This document shows positions 19,971-29,472 of a DNA stretch of 64,000 bases, one piece after another. A program made the position numbers and the translations under genes. The stretch is from NCBI GenBank assembly GCA_015062345.1, contig SUUV01000005.1, positions 5,175 through 69,174 on the forward strand, written 5' to 3'. Origin of the DNA: Alphaproteobacteria bacterium (lineage in GTDB: Bacteria; Pseudomonadota; Alphaproteobacteria; RF32; CAG-239). The stretch's first letter is position 1; every line of letters starts with the position of its first letter. A model generated the notes under the pieces. That model was given only the letters and a program-made list of their open reading frames with translations, was not told where the DNA came from and made no database searches.

Positions 19971-20297
19971 ATGAAAAAACTTATATTTACCGTTTTATTA
20001 GCTTCTGGTGTTACATTTGCCGCAAATGCCGGTGTCACTTTTTTACCCAACGCATCAGGAAATGTCGGAACAAGTGTGAAAAATAATCAATTAAGCAGTG
20101 AGCAAAAATGTAAAAATGCCGGATACAAACAATCAAACTGCCCGTCATCTCAAAAAGGAATTTCCCAATGTCCGTACAACAATTCATATTATAAATATTG
20201 TTGTCCGAAAGAATATCAATTCACGGTTAAAGAGTGTGTTAAAAACGGCTTAAGAGCATCTCGCAACAGTTGTGGCGGATTGTATAAATGTTTGTAA
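19971..20297 (+). CDS. Small secreted cysteine-rich protein (108 aa; 10 Cys in the mature part)
   Basis: Signal peptide MKKLIFTVLLASGVTFAANA, then a Cys-rich domain. Hairpin terminator at 20326-20356. Confidence 0.5.
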   Translation: MKKLIFTVLLASGVTFAANAGVTFLPNASGNVGTSVKNNQLSSEQKCKNAGYKQSNCPSSQKGISQCPYNNSYYKYCCPKEYQFTVKECVKNGLRASRNSCGGLYKCL

Positions 20298-20325
20298 ATT
20301 AAAAAAGTTATCAACAATCGTTAAG

Positions 20326-20356
20326 AAGCTCCGAGAAAAACGGAGCTTATTTTATA
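20326..20356 (+). terminator. Rho-independent terminator
   Basis: gctccg-agaaaaa-cggagc followed by TTATTTTAT. Confidence 0.55.
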
Positions 20357-20473
20357 TCTTATTTGAAAGATTTTCTTGACACATTGTAAACTTAATGCTA
20401 ATTGAAAAACCCTAATGTGTGGATTTAACCAACTTGTCCGGCACTATAAACGGACTAAAAAGGAGAACTTAAA

Positions 20474-21484
20474 ATGCTAAAAACTGCTGAATTTGTGTCT
20501 TTGGGACACCCTGATAAAACTGCCGATTATATTTCATCTTACATACTTGACTGCTTAATCAAACAAGATGCTTTTGTTCGTTATGCCGTTGAAGTTATGA
20601 TAAAAGACAATATCGTAATTTTAGGTGGTGAAGTATGCGGCAAAACAGATTTAACCGATATTGACAATATGGTTAAAGAAGCTTTGCGTCAAATCGGTTA
20701 TGATGAGCAATATGCTCTTATTTGGGGCGATAATGCCCTTAATATCAACAAAATTAAGGTGATTAATCTTATCGGCTGTCAATCTTGTGAAATTTCACAA
20801 GGTATCACTTCGGGCGGGTGGGGTGACCAAGGTGTTTTTGCCGGATATGCCTGTAAAGGTGAGGGCGCTTTACCAAAAGAGCTTTATCTGGCAAAAAAAC
20901 TAAATCGTGAACTCTACAATATGGCGCTTAAAAGTAATAATTTTGGGCTTGATATAAAAACTCAAATCACTATTGATAACAATGGAATTATTCAAACAGC
21001 AATTGTTGCCATACCGATGTTAAATAAGGTTGACTTATCTGAAACTATAACATCAATTTTGCAAGAAAAACCTAAGCAACTTATCGTCAATGGTACCGGA
21101 ATTTATAAATGTCATTCATCGGTGGCCGATTGCGGAGTTACGGGCCGTAAGCTTGCTTGTGATTTTTATTCGTTATCTTGTCCCGTGGGAGGTGGCTCAC
21201 CTTGGGCAAAAGATGCCACTAAAGCTGATGTTTCGTTAAATATTCTGGCTCGTAAATTGGCGGTTGAAAATCTGCAAGACAATGATGAAGTTTTTGTATA
21301 TTTATCATCTTGTATAGGTAAAGAAAAATTGCCCAGTGCAGTTGTGAAAACTATTAAAGATGGTGTTTGTACACAAAAATCACTGGACGGAGATTTTTCT
21401 CCTAAAACCGTAATTTCAAGTTTAGGTCTTAATAAACCCGTATTTGCTAAGCTTTGTCGCAATGGTATCGTAAACATAGATTAG
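20474..21484 (+). CDS. Divergent, short MetK-like protein (S-adenosylmethionine synthetase homolog)
   Basis: The N-terminus aligns with the MetK N-terminal region (SLGHPDKTADYISSYILDCLIKQD...VMIKDNIVILGGEV). Recognisable G.GDQG.FAGYA and GGGSPWAKDATKADVS motifs are present. At 336 aa it is about 50 aa shorter than canonical MetK. Confidence 0.55.
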   Translation: MLKTAEFVSLGHPDKTADYISSYILDCLIKQDAFVRYAVEVMIKDNIVILGGEVCGKTDLTDIDNMVKEALRQIGYDEQYALIWGDNALNINKIKVINLIGCQSCEISQGITSGGWGDQGVFAGYACKGEGALPKELYLAKKLNRELYNMALKSNNFGLDIKTQITIDNNGIIQTAIVAIPMLNKVDLSETITSILQEKPKQLIVNGTGIYKCHSSVADCGVTGRKLACDFYSLSCPVGGGSPWAKDATKADVSLNILARKLAVENLQDNDEVFVYLSSCIGKEKLPSAVVKTIKDGVCTQKSLDGDFSPKTVISSLGLNKPVFAKLCRNGIVNID

Positions 21485-21489
21485 CTTAA

Positions 21490-21524
21490 AGGCTCTCTTT
21501 TTTACGGAGAGCCTTTATATTTAT
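21490..21524 (+). terminator. Rho-independent terminator after the metK-like gene
   Basis: aggctctc-ttttttac-ggagagcct followed by TTATATTT. Confidence 0.55.
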
Positions 21525-22114
21525 ACATATTTTATCAGGTAAAAACCGCCAATCAGTAACAATAAAAACAAAACCGAAAGCCAACCCAAGTTTTTTTCGA
21601 TAAAGACTTTCATCGGTTCGCCATATTTTTTTAACAGCCAAGCAATAAAATAAAACCTGATACCTCTTGCCAACACGGAAGCAACGGTAAATACAAACAA
21701 ATTAAGATGAACGGCTCCGCTTGCTATGGTAATTATTTTGTATGGGAAAGGTGTAATTCCGGCACCAAACACAATCCAAGCGCCATATTCGTGATAATAG
21801 TTTTCAAATTCTATAAACTTGTCCATGGCATTGTACATATTCAAAATCGGCTCAGCAATCAGCTCAAAAAATCCGGCACCGATTAAATATCCGAAATAAC
21901 CGCCGACAACACTGGCGACTGTGCAAAGACCGGCAATTTTGAAAGCATTTTTCGGCATTGCCAACACCATCGGTATCAACATAATATCCGGCGGTATCGG
22001 AAAAAATGAGCTCTCGGCAAAAGCCACCAAAAACAAAAACCTCATTGCATTTTTGCTTGCGGATAATTTGAGCATATAATCATATATGCTATGAACAAAT
22101 TTATTAAACGACAT
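21521..22114 (-). CDS. DedA/YqaA-family membrane protein
   Basis: Family hallmark ESSFFPIPPD, plus 4-5 TM helices. Confidence 0.7.
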   Translation of the reverse strand: MSFNKFVHSIYDYMLKLSASKNAMRFLFLVAFAESSFFPIPPDIMLIPMVLAMPKNAFKIAGLCTVASVVGGYFGYLIGAGFFELIAEPILNMYNAMDKFIEFENYYHEYGAWIVFGAGITPFPYKIITIASGAVHLNLFVFTVASVLARGIRFYFIAWLLKKYGEPMKVFIEKNLGWLSVLFLLLLIGGFYLIKYV

Positions 22115-22140
22115 TTTTATCTCACTTCACGGATTATATT

Positions 22141-22193
22141 TTTTGTGATATAAAAATAAAAGCCTGCTGTCAAGCTTAAATCTTAACAGCAGG
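22141..22193 (-). terminator. Rho-independent terminator after the lipoprotein gene
   Basis: cctgctgt-caagcttaaatcttaa-acagcagg, with a T-run on the minus strand. Confidence 0.55.
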
Positions 22194-22210
22194 ACAATAA
22201 AAAAACTTAA

Positions 22211-22657
22211 TTAATATGCAATTAAACGAGCCGGATTACCAAACAACAACATACATCTTTGCCCCGGTGTCAATAATGTATCAGAGCCTTGAGTTAAGGT
22301 CATAACTTGTCCGTTGTTAAGCTTTACGACATACTCATAACCGCCTTGAGAAGACAAAGCACCTTGCGCTGCATTTCCTGCCATACCTCCCAAAACAGCA
22401 CCGCCGATTGCACCCAAATTGTGTGCGGTTGACCCGCTACCGATAGAATATCCGGCGACACCGCCTGCGACACTGCCGATAATTGTTCCCAATCCGTTTT
22501 CCGTTTTAACACTAACCGGACGGACACTTAAAACCGAGCATTCTGAGGCTGCATTTGCTCGACCTACCGAACTTGTTGCATATTGATTTGAGTTAATGTC
22601 AGCTTGACATCCTGCCAACATTACCACACCTAAAAATGCACCCAAACTTTTTTTCAT
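22211..22657 (-). CDS. Glycine-zipper outer-membrane lipoprotein (SlyB / 17-kDa-antigen-like)
   Basis: Lipobox LAGC. Gly-zipper segment GTIIGSVAGGVAGYSIGSG...GAIGGAVLGGMAGNAAQG. Confidence 0.65.
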   Translation of the reverse strand: MKKSLGAFLGVVMLAGCQADINSNQYATSSVGRANAASECSVLSVRPVSVKTENGLGTIIGSVAGGVAGYSIGSGSTAHNLGAIGGAVLGGMAGNAAQGALSSQGGYEYVVKLNNGQVMTLTQGSDTLLTPGQRCMLLFGNPARLIAY

Positions 22658-22835
22658 ATACTTTTCTCCTTTGCAATAAATATCTGATAAATAATTTATA
22701 CGATTATTTTATCTTGTCAATGGTAGCTTTAAATTTTTGAATTGTTTTTTGCTTATAAAAGCATAAGCATTGTTTACAAATCAAATAAAAAACCTTATCT
22801 TTTACCAAAGAAAAACATATTTGAAAGGAAAAACA

Positions 22836-23387
22836 ATGTTACATCCCTGGCACGGTGTTTCAAGAGGTGAAAATCCGCCGGAAATTATAACCGCAATTAT
22901 CGAAGTCCCAAAAGGTTCTCAAACAAAATATGAGCTTGATAAATTAAGCGGTTTATTAAAAGTTGACCGCATATTGTACAGTGCTGTTCATTATCCGGCA
23001 AATTACGGTTTCATTCCGCAAAGCTACTGCGAAGATAACGACCCGTTAGATGTTTTGGTCTTATGCCAAGAATCTGTTTTACCGCTTTCGTTGATGCGTG
23101 TTCGTCCGATTGGCGTGATGAAAATGGTTGACCAAGGCGAGGCTGATGATAAAATTATTGCCGTTCATGTAGATGACCCTGAATTTGCGCATTATAAATC
23201 AATTGACGAATTGCCTCCGCACAGTTTAAAGATATTAAGAAGATTTTTTGAAGATTATAAGCTTCTTGAAAACAAAGAAGTCAGAATTGAACAGTTTTTG
23301 GGTGTTGAAGAAGCCTTAAAAGTTATAAAAGACTCTTTTAAATTGTACGATTTAAACAAAGAAAATTTAATCGGCTACGAAGAATAA
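22836..23387 (+). CDS. ppa: Inorganic pyrophosphatase (family I)
   Basis: Motifs [32 protein letters not shown] and [12 protein letters not shown]. The start is set at the Met with AAAGGA 6 nt upstream; the six-frame ORF begins earlier, at 22770. Confidence 0.9.
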   Translation: MLHPWHGVSRGENPPEIITAIIEVPKGSQTKYELDKLSGLLKVDRILYSAVHYPANYGFIPQSYCEDNDPLDVLVLCQESVLPLSLMRVRPIGVMKMVDQGEADDKIIAVHVDDPEFAHYKSIDELPPHSLKILRRFFEDYKLLENKEVRIEQFLGVEEALKVIKDSFKLYDLNKENLIGYEE

Positions 23388-23392
23388 TTAAG

Positions 23393-23426
23393 CAATAAAA
23401 AAACCTACCGCAATTTAATCGGTAGG
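23393..23426 (-). terminator. Hairpin terminator (serves the minus-strand gene; weak for ppa)
   Basis: cctaccg-caatttaat-cggtagg, with TTTTTTT on the minus strand. Confidence 0.5.
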
Positions 23427-23473
23427 TTAGGGCTTATAAGAGAAATTTGCCGCTAAAATATAGCAAAACGCCG

Positions 23474-23875
23474 TTATGGATTTAGATTATACACAAGTTC
23501 GGAAATCTCATTTTCCCATACAGTGCCGATTTGCCCCTTAAAACGCAAATACAACTCCTTAAAACTGCAAGGGATTTTTTGCCTTGCAATAACTTCATCA
23601 GTACTGAGATTGGTCATTTTGCAATCTATCCATATTGATGTATGAAGTCTGTTTTCCTTTAATGCCCCAGAGGCACAATATTTGGCACGAGTAAGCAGGC
23701 ACATATCAACCGTGGCTGCAAACTCTTTTACCTTCGGGGTTATATCAAAAGCAATTTTCTCTACATATATGCGCTGTTTTTTCTTTTTATCAAAGATTTC
23801 TAAGCGCAAAAACGCATTTTTGTCTTCAGTTAGCGAACAAATGCGTGCGCAAAAATTTTTACTTTCCTTTTTCAT
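23474..23875 (-). CDS. Hypothetical protein (133 aa)
   Basis: Intact ORF with a terminator downstream; no recognisable motif. Confidence 0.35.
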   Translation of the reverse strand: MKKESKNFCARICSLTEDKNAFLRLEIFDKKKKQRIYVEKIAFDITPKVKEFAATVDMCLLTRAKYCASGALKENRLHTSIWIDCKMTNLSTDEVIARQKIPCSFKELYLRFKGQIGTVWENEISELVYNLNP

Positions 23876-23965
23876 AATAGTACAATTTTAAAACACAAAA
23901 ATATTAACCAGAAGGCTGAATATAGTTATCTTAAAGTACTTTGTCAAGAAATTTATATTTGTCGG

Positions 23966-24796
23966 TTATAGATTTTCTGCCATTAAATAATATTGCAAAG
24001 GGCTTATTTCCTCTGCTCTCATGGTCATTGTAACACCTGCTTTTTGGCATACGGTTTCAATATTAGGAATTGATTTTAAACTCTGTCTTATCATCTTTCT
24101 GCGTTGCCCAAATGCTTTTTCAGTTAACATTTCAACCTTTTCCAATATCTTTTCATCAAGAGGATTTTTCAGCGGTTGAAATAATAACACTGTTGACCAA
24201 ATTTTGGGAGCCGGAACAAAACATTGCGGATTGATATCAAACAATTTTTCGATTTTTGCACTTAATTGCGCCAACACCGATATCCTTCCATAATCTTTGC
24301 TCTTTATATCAGCCATAATTCTTTGAGCTACTTCTTTTTGAAACATTAAAGTAAGCCCTTGATAATGTTTCATTTTCTTAAGCCACCCGATAAGCAGCGG
24401 AACAGAAATGTTATATGGTAAATTGCTGATTATTTGTTTTTGCAAACCTTTTTGACTTAAAAAGTCAAACTTTAAGGCATCGGTGTTTATAATATCCATA
24501 TCGGATTTGGTTTCGTCTTTTAAATCTTGCATAATGTTAATGCATCGTTCGTCCATCTCGATTACGGTAAGTTTTTTAGGTTTAAAACTCAAAATTGCTC
24601 GGGTAAGACCTCCCGGACCGGGGCCGACTTCAAACACTTCGCATTTTTCAAAATCAGGTATTCCTTGTTTTTCAAGTGATAATCTGATTATTTTATCCGG
24701 AATATCCTGATTGAGTAAAAAATTTTGCCCTAAAGACTTTTTTGCCATCAGGCCATAACTTTCCACAACTTCTCGCAACGATAACTTAAAATCCAT
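23966..24796 (-). CDS. rsmA: 16S rRNA (adenine1518/1519-N6)-dimethyltransferase
   Basis: SAM-binding motif VFEVGPGPGGLT and KsgA-like length (276 aa). Directly downstream of surA, as in many proteobacteria. Confidence 0.85.
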   Translation of the reverse strand: MDFKLSLREVVESYGLMAKKSLGQNFLLNQDIPDKIIRLSLEKQGIPDFEKCEVFEVGPGPGGLTRAILSFKPKKLTVIEMDERCINIMQDLKDETKSDMDIINTDALKFDFLSQKGLQKQIISNLPYNISVPLLIGWLKKMKHYQGLTLMFQKEVAQRIMADIKSKDYGRISVLAQLSAKIEKLFDINPQCFVPAPKIWSTVLLFQPLKNPLDEKILEKVEMLTEKAFGQRRKMIRQSLKSIPNIETVCQKAGVTMTMRAEEISPLQYYLMAENL

Positions 24797-24797
24797 T

Positions 24798-25943
24798 TTA
24801 TGCCTTACGATTTATAATTGCTTTGTTTCTCAAATCACGAATATATTTTTCCGCAATTTCTTCAAGCTTCTTGTTTTCAAGCATTTTTCTGATTTCATCT
24901 TCGTTGGGAATAGGGGCTTTATCAACTCCGGGAGTGTATATTTTTTCTAACCTTAAAATGTAATAGTCCGCACCATATAAAACCGGATTTGAAATTTCGC
25001 CTTCTTTCATCTTCAAAATGGCTTTTTCAAGCGGCAATGCCAGTTGTCCTTTGTTTATCCACCCCAAACGACCACCGTTTTTAGCACTTAAACTTTCGGA
25101 AAATTGCATTGCATACAATTCAAATCTGGGATCATAGCGCAAATTTTCTACCAAAAGCTCAATATCTTTAGCCTTTTTCTTGGGAATTACAATTTCCGAA
25201 ACCATAAATTTTTGTTGCTGAACATCTTTTTTAATACTTTCAATTGCGTCATCTATATCGGTTTGAGAAATGGTTGTGTTTTGCGCGGCTTTCTTTTGTA
25301 CCAGACGCACCCAAGCCATTTCTGCTTTCATTTGTGAACGAAAGACTGCTTCGTTTACTTGCGCTTTTCTTAACATTCTTTTCAGCTCAGGAACACTGAT
25401 TTTGTTGGCATCGGCAAAGTTTTGTACACCTTTATCAAGCTCTGCCTCCGAAATTACAACCGAATTTTTATATGCTTCCTGCAACTTTATCTTTTCATCA
25501 ATTGCTGCTTCTAACACTTTGTTTATTATCATATTTTTTGTTTGCTCATTTACCGGAATTTGGGTTGTAACCACAAAAGCATTAACTCTTTCTTGCATAT
25601 CTTGACTGGTGATAATTTCACCGTTAACTTCGGCAAAAATCTTCAAACTGTTACCAAACAAATTAACCGGTCTTAAAGCTTCTTCTCGTCTTTTCATTTC
25701 TTCTTCATAAGCTCGTCTTTGCATCTCTTGTTCATATTCGGCTCGTCTTTTCATTTCTTCTTCATAAGCTTGTCTTTGTATTTGCTCCTCAGGTGTTGAC
25801 GACCTAAACATAATGGAATTTGATTTTGCCGCTCTGACTGAGGCATCAATTTCATCAGCGTTAATATTTTGTGCCGTGACAGGCAATGAGCTAACTAAAA
25901 TCGCCAAAACACCGCAAATATATGTTATATGTTTTTTATTCAT
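24798..25943 (-). CDS. surA: SurA-like periplasmic chaperone / parvulin PPIase
   Basis: Signal peptide, SurA N-terminal chaperone domain, and a single parvulin-like domain (SAKNGGRLGWINKGQL). Located downstream of lptD. Confidence 0.65.
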   Translation of the reverse strand: MNKKHITYICGVLAILVSSLPVTAQNINADEIDASVRAAKSNSIMFRSSTPEEQIQRQAYEEEMKRRAEYEQEMQRRAYEEEMKRREEALRPVNLFGNSLKIFAEVNGEIITSQDMQERVNAFVVTTQIPVNEQTKNMIINKVLEAAIDEKIKLQEAYKNSVVISEAELDKGVQNFADANKISVPELKRMLRKAQVNEAVFRSQMKAEMAWVRLVQKKAAQNTTISQTDIDDAIESIKKDVQQQKFMVSEIVIPKKKAKDIELLVENLRYDPRFELYAMQFSESLSAKNGGRLGWINKGQLALPLEKAILKMKEGEISNPVLYGADYYILRLEKIYTPGVDKAPIPNEDEIRKMLENKKLEEIAEKYIRDLRNKAIINRKA

Positions 25944-25947
25944 AATT

Positions 25948-28215
25948 TTATGCTCCTATACCGCCCAAGGTTTTAAGATAAAATGTAAAATTAAACTCAT
26001 AATCATTATCCAAACTGGGGTCATTTGAATTATATTTTTTAATTGTAGTTATAAACTTGAAACACTCGTCTTCATATATCAAGTTACCGCCATGTTCCAA
26101 AGAACCGCCGTGATCTGCCAAATCTTGCCTGTTATACACACTCAACGACCAATCACGAGTTAATGATGCGTGAATTGATGTATAAAGTTCTCGTCGTTCA
26201 TCAAACAGTTCGGTCGCATTGTTATTTTTTTGTAAATATATGTATGAAACATACATATTCAACAAATCTGTTCCAAATCGAGCTCCGAGTTCGCTATATT
26301 TAAGCTTATAACTGTCTTTATCCAATCTGAAACGATAATTTAAGTCCAAATAATCAGCCGGAGCCGCATACACTCTACCTACATAATCGGAAAAGTGTCC
26401 GTCATTTTCAATGCTGTTTGTAAAACTGCTGTCTTTATTAAACTGATATGTCTGTGCCACAAAAGCCGATGTTCTTCCCATTATATTTCCGTAAGAGCTC
26501 CAGTTTAATCCGTAGCTGATACGACTTCCGGTATCATTTCTGTCATAACCGGAATATCTGTCCAAATCAAGTACATTGGTATCATCAAGTTCAACATCTT
26601 CACTATCTTCATTAGGTATCTTGTTCGCCTTATTTCCACCGTTTGGAGCTAAAACACCAACAATTATCGGCTCAATTATTTGTCTTGAGTTTTCGGTAGC
26701 TTTTACCAAAGGCAACTTCCATTCAATACCCAACTGCGGAAAAGCCCTGAAAACATCACCGCTATATTCGTTTGATGTTCCGAGCTGTGAATAACTGTCT
26801 ATATAATATGCATCTGATTTTAATGATGCCACAATTTTGTATCTTTCACCAAACGGACTTATCCATGGTAAATTCCACGAATTTATCATCGTCATACGAT
26901 GTGATAGAGTGTTTCCTTCGTGATATACGGATGCAAAATTGAAAGTGTTTTTCCAATATGCACCGATTTTGGATACATCACTTATCATTTCATATTCGGC
27001 CAAAGGCGCAACCAACGGCTTATTATATTTCATTCTGGCATATTCAGACGCATTATTTTCTCTTAAATCATAACTTATAAGCTTATAATAGTATGCCTCC
27101 AATAACGCATAATTACGGTTTTCAAAACCTTGTAACCTCACATTTGAGGTAAGCCAAGCATCATCTTCACCATCTAAATCAAGCTCTTTTAAATATAAAC
27201 TGTCCGAAGCATAATTAATATCGGCATTTGCAACCCAAAAATCATTTATTTCATAACGAGTCTTGGCAAAAATATTTCCACGATTTTTCGGCCTGTTATC
27301 CTCATTATCGGTAAGATATGTTCCTTGAAGGCTTAAATATCCCTGATTGAAAAATTTTCTGTATCGACCACCCCATACAATATCTTTGTCTGATGTGAAA
27401 ATAGGCGAAAACAATATATCCGAATGCGGATTAATATCCCAAAAATATTTTATTTGCATGGTTGCGCCTAAATAGTTTGTACTTCCTATATTTGGAGTTA
27501 AAAAGCCTGAACGGCGTTTTACCGTCGGGTCCGGATGTGATAAAAACGGAGTGTATAAAATCGGCACACCCTTAATGTCTAAAAACGCATCATTATAATT
27601 TATATCATTTCGTTTTGCATCATGCGTAATTTTGCGAGCCCTGATTTGCCACAAAGGTTTGTTGACTGTTTCGCAAAAATCACAAGGTGTATAAAGTGCA
27701 TTGCGCATAATTTTATTGTTATTTGCTTTTTTGCGAAATTGTTCTGCCCAAATCTTGGTCTCATCACTTAATATAACTTTTATCTTGTTCATCTCGGCTC
27801 TGGACATTTTATCAGCCAAATTAACTCTGTCTGCATATACTATATGCCCGCTTTCTTCTTCCAACCTGACATTGCCGATTGCGGTTATATTATCAGTTAA
27901 TTGCTCATAAATCAAACTATCGGTATATAATGTCAAGTTTGCTCGACGAATTACAACATTGCCTTTTGCTTCCAAAGTTTTTTGTTTGTCATTACTTATC
28001 AGTTCGTCGGCAACAAAGTATATATCCGGTTCTTCTTCTGTTGCCGGTGTTGTCGGCATTACATCGGTAAGGTTGCGTTTGGGCTCAACTTCAATATAAG
28101 GAATATTATCTTGTCGTTTTATCATTTCACCGGCAACGGGCTCAGATGCATTTGCTGATAGACAAAGCATATTAACAATTGCTGAAACAAAAAATATTAT
28201 TTTCTTATTGTACAT
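25948..28215 (-). CDS. lptD: LPS-assembly outer-membrane protein LptD
   Basis: About 750 aa, with a signal peptide (MYNKKIIFFVSAIVNMLCLSANA at the internal Met) and a large beta-barrel rich in aromatic residues. Conserved lptD-surA-rsmA order. Confidence 0.8.
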   Translation of the reverse strand: MYNKKIIFFVSAIVNMLCLSANASEPVAGEMIKRQDNIPYIEVEPKRNLTDVMPTTPATEEEPDIYFVADELISNDKQKTLEAKGNVVIRRANLTLYTDSLIYEQLTDNITAIGNVRLEEESGHIVYADRVNLADKMSRAEMNKIKVILSDETKIWAEQFRKKANNNKIMRNALYTPCDFCETVNKPLWQIRARKITHDAKRNDINYNDAFLDIKGVPILYTPFLSHPDPTVKRRSGFLTPNIGSTNYLGATMQIKYFWDINPHSDILFSPIFTSDKDIVWGGRYRKFFNQGYLSLQGTYLTDNEDNRPKNRGNIFAKTRYEINDFWVANADINYASDSLYLKELDLDGEDDAWLTSNVRLQGFENRNYALLEAYYYKLISYDLRENNASEYARMKYNKPLVAPLAEYEMISDVSKIGAYWKNTFNFASVYHEGNTLSHRMTMINSWNLPWISPFGERYKIVASLKSDAYYIDSYSQLGTSNEYSGDVFRAFPQLGIEWKLPLVKATENSRQIIEPIIVGVLAPNGGNKANKIPNEDSEDVELDDTNVLDLDRYSGYDRNDTGSRISYGLNWSSYGNIMGRTSAFVAQTYQFNKDSSFTNSIENDGHFSDYVGRVYAAPADYLDLNYRFRLDKDSYKLKYSELGARFGTDLLNMYVSYIYLQKNNNATELFDERRELYTSIHASLTRDWSLSVYNRQDLADHGGSLEHGGNLIYEDECFKFITTIKKYNSNDPSLDNDYEFNFTFYLKTLGGIGA

Positions 28216-29353
28216 CACATACAGCCTTATTCTTATGATATCTAATCCAAAAAAACGGATTGTAAAACAGCAACAAATAAACACATACAGCAAGAGGGAA
28301 CAAACAGTTGGCATACAGTAGAGGTAAAAAATATAACGAACGGCCGGCCAAATTTGTGATAATCAAGTCTCCGCCTTGAACTAAAATCATCGCCGTAACC
28401 GAAACAAACACAATTTTTCCTTGACCACGACGATTAAAATTACCGATTAATAATCCGGTACAGGCAAGCAAAGCAAAAACCAAATTATACCAAGGTGTAA
28501 TCAGTCTTCTGTGTCCTTCAACAATATATTTTCTAACATCTTTATCGCTTAAAGTTTTGTCAGTGTCGGCATTTAACAATTGCCACAGTGTTTTTTCTCT
28601 TGCCGATGCCGGTTTAATTGCTTTTCCGCCCATAATGCCAAAATCTACCGAATATCGTTCAAATTGTAATGAAGAAAACTGACCGCCCGATTTACTGATT
28701 TCTTGTCTTTCGCCCTTAATCAACAAAATTTTAGGTCCGCTTTGTGTGTATATAATACGACCTTTTTCGGCCGATAATGTTACTTTTCTTTCCGGATTTG
28801 TTTCATCATGAACCAAAATACCCGAAACCGAACCGTCATCTTCGTGCTTTGAAATAAACACCGTCATATTGTTTTTTAAATTATTAAATTCACCTTCACG
28901 GAACATTAAATGCGATACATTATTTCTGATTTCCCATTCCAGGTTTCTAAAAGAATTCTCAGCCGCCGGTATTCCCACATTTTGAACATAAACACTAAAC
29001 AGTGTTAATATCAGACCAACATATACCGCAGCTTTTGCATTTTTCCACGGACTTATACCTGCCGCTTGCATAATTACCAGTTCTCTGTCAGCCAGCATAC
29101 GATTATATACAAACATAACTGATGCAAATAAAGCAATCGGCGATAAAATAGAAAACAATCGAGGCATTAACAATGAGGTTAATTCAACAAAAAGTCTTAA
29201 CGGCAAGCCTTTATTGGTTACCATTTCAACAAACCTTAATGATTGCGTCAGCCACAACATAGACAGCAAAGAAAACGCAACCAAGAAAAAACCGACCCAA
29301 ATCTGGCGGAATATGTAAGAATTTAATTTTTTCATAGAGCAGAGTATAAACAA
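28205..29353 (-). CDS. LptF/LptG-family LPS export permease
   Basis: 382 aa with 6 TM segments and a periplasmic beta-jellyroll insertion between TM3 and TM4. N-terminus MKKLNSYIFRQIW is typical of LptF/LptG. Confidence 0.7.
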   Translation of the reverse strand: MFILCSMKKLNSYIFRQIWVGFFLVAFSLLSMLWLTQSLRFVEMVTNKGLPLRLFVELTSLLMPRLFSILSPIALFASVMFVYNRMLADRELVIMQAAGISPWKNAKAAVYVGLILTLFSVYVQNVGIPAAENSFRNLEWEIRNNVSHLMFREGEFNNLKNNMTVFISKHEDDGSVSGILVHDETNPERKVTLSAEKGRIIYTQSGPKILLIKGERQEISKSGGQFSSLQFERYSVDFGIMGGKAIKPASAREKTLWQLLNADTDKTLSDKDVRKYIVEGHRRLITPWYNLVFALLACTGLLIGNFNRRGQGKIVFVSVTAMILVQGGDLIITNLAGRSLYFLPLLYANCLFPLAVCVYLLLFYNPFFWIRYHKNKAVCDVQ

Positions 29354-29472
29354 ATTATTAAAATATTAAAACTATATTTTAAAGATACTTCACAGAATTG
29401 TTCATAAATTCTCAATTTTTTATTATATATCAGTCAAACTTCATTTTTGGCTTTGTAAAGTATAAAATATCC

